A DNA stretch of 64,000 nt, from IMG/VR virus record IMGVR_UViG_3300049187_000041; one strand, written 5' to 3'. This DNA comes from a virus. Position 1 is the first letter of the stretch. Each line of letters opens with the position of its first letter. Below the pieces are notes generated by a model. That model saw only the letters and a program-made list of their open reading frames with translations, had not been told where the DNA came from and did no database searches. Below are positions 63,401 to 64,000 of the stretch, in pieces. The position numbers were made by a program, and so were the translations under genes.

Positions 63401-64000
63401 TACCACGGCGGCGGTGCGGGGGTTGCGCAAGCAGGGAAGTTTCGGCGCAAAGAAGGCGGTCGAGCAATTTGGTTCGCTGACGCCTCTGTCGCGGACACCT
63501 ACGCCGCAGGCGAAGGGGGCGCACTCTACCCCGTCTATCTGAACGCAAGTAACCCCCTCACGTTCGACGCGGCTGGCGCCACCTGGCAAGAACTGGAGTT
63601 TGAGGGCGAACGTCTCAGCACCGACGGCCTCGCCGACATTGCAGAAGCCCGCGGGCACGATGCGCTGATTATCAAAAATCTGCGTGACGAGAACACTGAC
63701 GACGGCGGCGACACGCCTGCCGACCACTACGCCGTGTTCAAGCCCGAGCAGATTGTGAGCGCGACGAGCGGCGAGACGCTGGCGCAGGACGGCCCCGAGT
63801 CGGGGCCGACCGAACCCGTCACGCCGAAGGCCACCCCGCTCGACACCTGGCGCAGCATGAGCCTCGACCAGCAGCGCGAGTTTCACGAGAAATTCGCCCG
63901 CGGCTACGAGGCCTACCTGTTCGAGGGCAAGGCCCCGAGCACCGCACTGGCCCGCACGTTCCAGCGCTTCAGCGAGTGGATGCGCCGCATTTACCGCAGC
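60431..64000 (+). CDS. Large polyvalent ejection protein (2x GNAT, HExxH, ART-like); 3'-truncated; absent from ORF track
   Basis: GTG start by TAGTG overlap; frame open for 1190 codons to window end; FRGAGIA, G.GTAAM...FYKRFGF, HELGH, PKVVYHG motifs. Confidence 0.85.
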   Translation, partial: MATNPYLDTLNLEEQRVRTTDSATGAPPKNPYLDTLEADEALKRAQQQAALRTAAAVNPDEAAKASKLAASRGLPQDVVLRNLQDVQRQDSFERADTLLQGSPALAAKMRDLPFAQVAHDNVENLSAIESAVRYLVSHPSAKNTLMGDIGAGVQRANRGAAGVFQAVAEFPAPLLDFLEGNKFGGNPLRRLAEGFAAKGAASERKAEELSPPQEGNIAGGISSGVQSFTQNMIALPLALLPGGQGAALTMMVGGQGGQSYQDAREKGLSMPQALPYAASQAAIEYATEKIPLARLIGDVKVGTSFFKTLVRQAAVEIPGEQVATILQDMNEWAVLPENKSKPFSDYLAERPNAAAQTLIATIVGTGGNVTLTKALAKVSGAEQQTQRAEQDAKSLGNLLKLSEKDKLRERDPTAFASMVQAAAEQHGVPGAVYIDAGKLVETLAQSGMKPEQIEAALPSTKAQLAEAVAAGGDAIVPIGEFTALVAGSGLEAQLVKHARLSPDALSQEDAKTLAKIDLKVETEKVMAQQEAVVESKAVRDQVFEHLSLAGRFSPSVNEAYADAVAALYETQAARLGISVAEFAKRYPLNVTGVAGTQQKLDQGERVYAGTFKDKQGRDFGVEITREMLGQNKDTPSVNVSAMFEGGRRGRIDFGVLPDGTLAAENTMVAGIFRGAGIAEGMYRAAREAGFDIAPGRKQTEQGDKMVASLLAKGVINKPRAGVLNQDRRIDEVRATIEAAGVDVTVNEKDGVITLSRIVVPKGERAAGKGTAAMQALTDYADRTNQRIALSPSSDFGGSKSRLVDFYKRFGFVPNKGRSKDFTISETMVREPKPFAQDADPKGTFTPSTSTIALLAKADLSTFHHELGHFYLEALADMAAQPDAPASVVEDMNKVLEWFGIKGGETVAAEGSKTGELNQLLPDLPAMQRKIDQQRRLLDARPDGHPLRATGERALARLESEYQSAQRAAAPVLKKLEGTKIVEADGRPKVVYHGGGAGVAQAGKFRRKEGGRAIWFADASVADTYAAGEGGALYPVYLNASNPLTFDAAGATWQELEFEGERLSTDGLADIAEARGHDALIIKNLRDENTDDGGDTPADHYAVFKPEQIVSATSGETLAQDGPESGPTEPVTPKATPLDTWRSMSLDQQREFHEKFARGYEAYLFEGKAPSTALARTFQRFSEWMRRIYRS

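Larger units (their letters stand above)
29914..64000. mobile_element. Prophage 2 (BPP-1/APSE-like temperate podovirus; 3' part outside window)
   Basis: Own int/xis, PolA-DUF2815-DUF2800 module, cI/cro, primase, terminase, portal, capsid, tail tubes, ejection proteins. Confidence 0.92.

Overview
The whole window is prophage DNA from a high-GC bacterium, probably a betaproteobacterium; no host housekeeping genes are visible. It holds two different temperate podoviruses with similar late-gene order. Phage 1 (1-26.7 kb, + strand, 5' end outside the window) runs from lambda-O-like replication genes through RusA, terminase, portal, capsid, head fibre, tail tubes, ejection proteins and tailspike to lysis. 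It ends at a 57-bp 3' fragment of tRNA-Leu(CAA) with GCGGAAC arm-type repeats on both sides, an attP-like junction. Next is a short int/xis + MmcB-like + PAPS-reductase module (26.8-29.9 kb). Phage 2 (29.9 kb to beyond 64 kb) is BPP-1/APSE-like, with its own int/xis, SNF2, PolA, DUF2815/DUF2800, cI/cro, MTase, primase, structural genes and a polyvalent ejection protein (2 GNAT, HExxH, ART). Most unusual: both phages carry a head-fibre gene with a related N-terminal anchor fused to unrelated cargo, and the cargo is bracketed by the same two DNA motifs (CTTGGTGTCAGGGG ... CAAGCCCCTGCCGGT), which are imperfect inverted repeats of each other. This suggests a cargo-swapping system. Also found: two phage-specific late-promoter motifs, six dispersed repressor operators, a probable phage-in-phage arrangement and two candidate structured RNAs. 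All product calls come from motifs and synteny read by eye; no database searches were run.
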